Sequence record: MK250016.1
DNA length: 32,000 nucleotides
Strand: one strand, 5' to 3'
DNA from: Prevotella phage Lak-A1
Shown here: in pieces, positions 30,420 through 32,000 of the stretch
How the letters are laid out: each line of letters opens with the position of its first letter
How positions within the stretch are numbered: position 1 is the first letter of the stretch
The notes under the pieces: model-generated
Database searches by the model: none
Seen by the model: the letters and a program-made list of their open reading frames with translations, nothing else
Told to the model about the DNA's origin: nothing
Made by a program: the position numbers and the translations under genes

Positions 30420-30911
30420 TTACCAAGTTAAATTATTATCCTTAATATATTTCTCAACAACAGGAGGTACAAACTCTCCAATAGGAAGTTTATAATGTAC
30501 TAACTCTCTTACAAATGTAGATGAAATATCAATATTATAAGGTTCACAAAAGCCCATTACCAACATTGTTTCTACACCTGCTAAATAATGATTAGTTGCA
30601 GCCAAAGACTTTTCATATGTAAAATCTTCTGAATTTCTAATACCTCTAACAATATATGAAACATTATTTTTCTTACAATAATCAGAAATTAATGTATCAG
30701 TCATATCAATTACTGTTACATTAGGATAATCCTTGAAAATTTCTTTAATTAACTTAATTCGCTCTGAACGTTTAATAAGCCCTTCACCTTTCTTTAAATT
30801 TGTTGCTAATGCAATAATAAATTCATCACATAATTTATATGTCTGATCTACAATTGCCTTATGCCCATTTGTAAATGGATCAAATGATCCAGGAAATATA
30901 AATTTCTTCAT
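30420..30911 (-). CDS. coaD: Phosphopantetheine adenylyltransferase
   Basis: FPGSFDPFTNGH nucleotidyltransferase motif, YIVRGIRNSEDFTYE and ISSTFVREL motifs; 163 aa is the normal CoaD size. Confidence 0.93.
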   Translation of the reverse strand: MKKFIFPGSFDPFTNGHKAIVDQTYKLCDEFIIALATNLKKGEGLIKRSERIKLIKEIFKDYPNVTVIDMTDTLISDYCKKNNVSYIVRGIRNSEDFTYEKSLAATNHYLAGVETMLVMGFCEPYNIDISSTFVRELVHYKLPIGEFVPPVVEKYIKDNNLTW

Positions 30912-30914
30912 CTT

Positions 30915-31565
30915 TTAATTTTCAATATTTTGTGAAACCCAAAGTCCTAATTGCTTTAATGCTTGCTTTCGATGACTCTTCAAATTTTTTCTTGCTGAAT
31001 CTAATTCAGCATATGTTTTACCAAATGTATTATCTCCTACAAATATAGGATCATATCCAAATCCATTTGTACCTCTTAATTCATCTAATATATATCCATA
31101 TGAATATCCGCTAAACGTTTTTTCGATAATACCATTTTTTGCTATTACAAAACATACTTCAAAATATGCAGATCGTTCATTAAATGGAATCTTTTTGATA
31201 TATTGTAACAATTTCTCATTGTTAAGTCTATCATGTTCTGACTTATCTGTTGTAAACTCTTCATGCGGTACATTAGTAACATTTAATTCATTATCTATTG
31301 TAACTTCATGAAAACGAGCTGAATATGGTCCCGGTAAATTATTCAATCCAGGAACAACTAAACCACTATCTTCTGCAATAACATATGTATCAGGATATTC
31401 TTTACTATATGCAGTTGCTTTAAGTATAGCATTATCTTTAATTGTTTTACCGGTCTCTTGAACATCTAATGCATGTGGTTCAATTTCATATCCCAATGGA
31501 CTTAAAATTGATGCAATCTCTCTAATTTTACCAGGATTACTTGTACCTACAATAATTTTACTCAT
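30915..31565 (-). CDS. rdgB: RdgB/HAM1-family non-canonical purine NTP pyrophosphatase
   Basis: MSKIIVGTSNPGKIREIASIL, AEDSGLVVPGLNNLPGPYSAR and NGFGYDPIFV motifs. Confidence 0.92.
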   Translation of the reverse strand: MSKIIVGTSNPGKIREIASILSPLGYEIEPHALDVQETGKTIKDNAILKATAYSKEYPDTYVIAEDSGLVVPGLNNLPGPYSARFHEVTIDNELNVTNVPHEEFTTDKSEHDRLNNEKLLQYIKKIPFNERSAYFEVCFVIAKNGIIEKTFSGYSYGYILDELRGTNGFGYDPIFVGDNTFGKTYAELDSARKNLKSHRKQALKQLGLWVSQNIEN

Positions 31566-32000
31566 GATTTATTCATTATTTGTTTCTTAATAAAATCTCT
31601 TATAATTTCTATAATAGTTCCTGTACTATCATATGGTATTCTTGAAACTAAATATACATTACTATATTTTTTTTCTTTACAATGATTATATAGTAACATA
31701 AATGATTTTCTATAATACTCTAAATCTTCTAATGTATGAAATTCTTCATCTAATGAATCTCCTCTTTTTTGTATTCTTTGTTGACAATGTTCTGGAAAAT
31801 CATCTAAAATAATATATAAAGTATCATTATCAATATTATTATCGATGTAATCATACATTTTTTCTTCTGAATCTTTATTTAGTAATGTAGCTTTGCTGAA
31901 AATACCTCTATCTTTAAATATACAATTATTAAAAAATTGTTTAATAAGATTAATTATATAAGTTTTACCAGTACCATCATTACCGTCGAATTCAATATTA
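31562..32000 (-). CDS. P-loop nucleoside/nucleotide kinase-like protein, truncated by window edge
   Basis: Frame continues to the edge: NIEFDGNDGTGKTYIINLIKQFF (Walker A) ... KMYDYIDNNIDNDTLYIILDDFPEHCQQRIQKRGD, typical of thymidylate or deoxynucleoside kinases. Confidence 0.75.
   Translation of the reverse strand, partial: NIEFDGNDGTGKTYIINLIKQFFNNCIFKDRGIFSKATLLNKDSEEKMYDYIDNNIDNDTLYIILDDFPEHCQQRIQKRGDSLDEEFHTLEDLEYYRKSFMLLYNHCKEKKYSNVYLVSRIPYDSTGTIIEIIRDFIKKQIMNKS

Overview
This 32 kb window is AT-rich and looks like part of a large, lytic-type phage of a Bacteroidota-like host (host and phage group are inferences). It does not use the standard code. Many genes are only continuous if TAG is read as an amino acid, and conserved motifs place glutamine there (e.g. 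YIG-TAG-T in a GIY-YIG nuclease), consistent with translation table 15; TAA and TGA remain stops. The supplied ORF track is therefore badly fragmented, and I rebuilt the affected genes.

Content on the + strand (0-14.4 kb): phage Hsp90/HtpG; an SPFH/prohibitin-like lipoprotein gene split by an intron carrying a LAGLIDADG nuclease; a metallophosphoesterase; an anaerobic ribonucleotide reductase gene (nrdD); and a DHH phosphoesterase. nrdD carries a 188-aa mini-intein and a group I-like intron with a GIY-YIG nuclease. It is followed by an HNH ORF flanked by a 43-nt perfect direct repeat of the nrdD 3' end. Content from 14.4 to 32 kb (mostly - strand): a tail module with an NlpC/P60-like peptidase and a tail-lysozyme-like protein that share a C-terminal module; a + strand putative tail tube gene; an extreme Cys/His-rich protein; a TAG-recoded TnpB; a set of unknown proteins; tRNA-like elements; and a cassette of PurC-like, CoaD, RdgB/HAM1 and a P-loop kinase.

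In-frame TAG is strongly uneven, concentrated in structural and mobile genes and absent from most early or metabolic genes.
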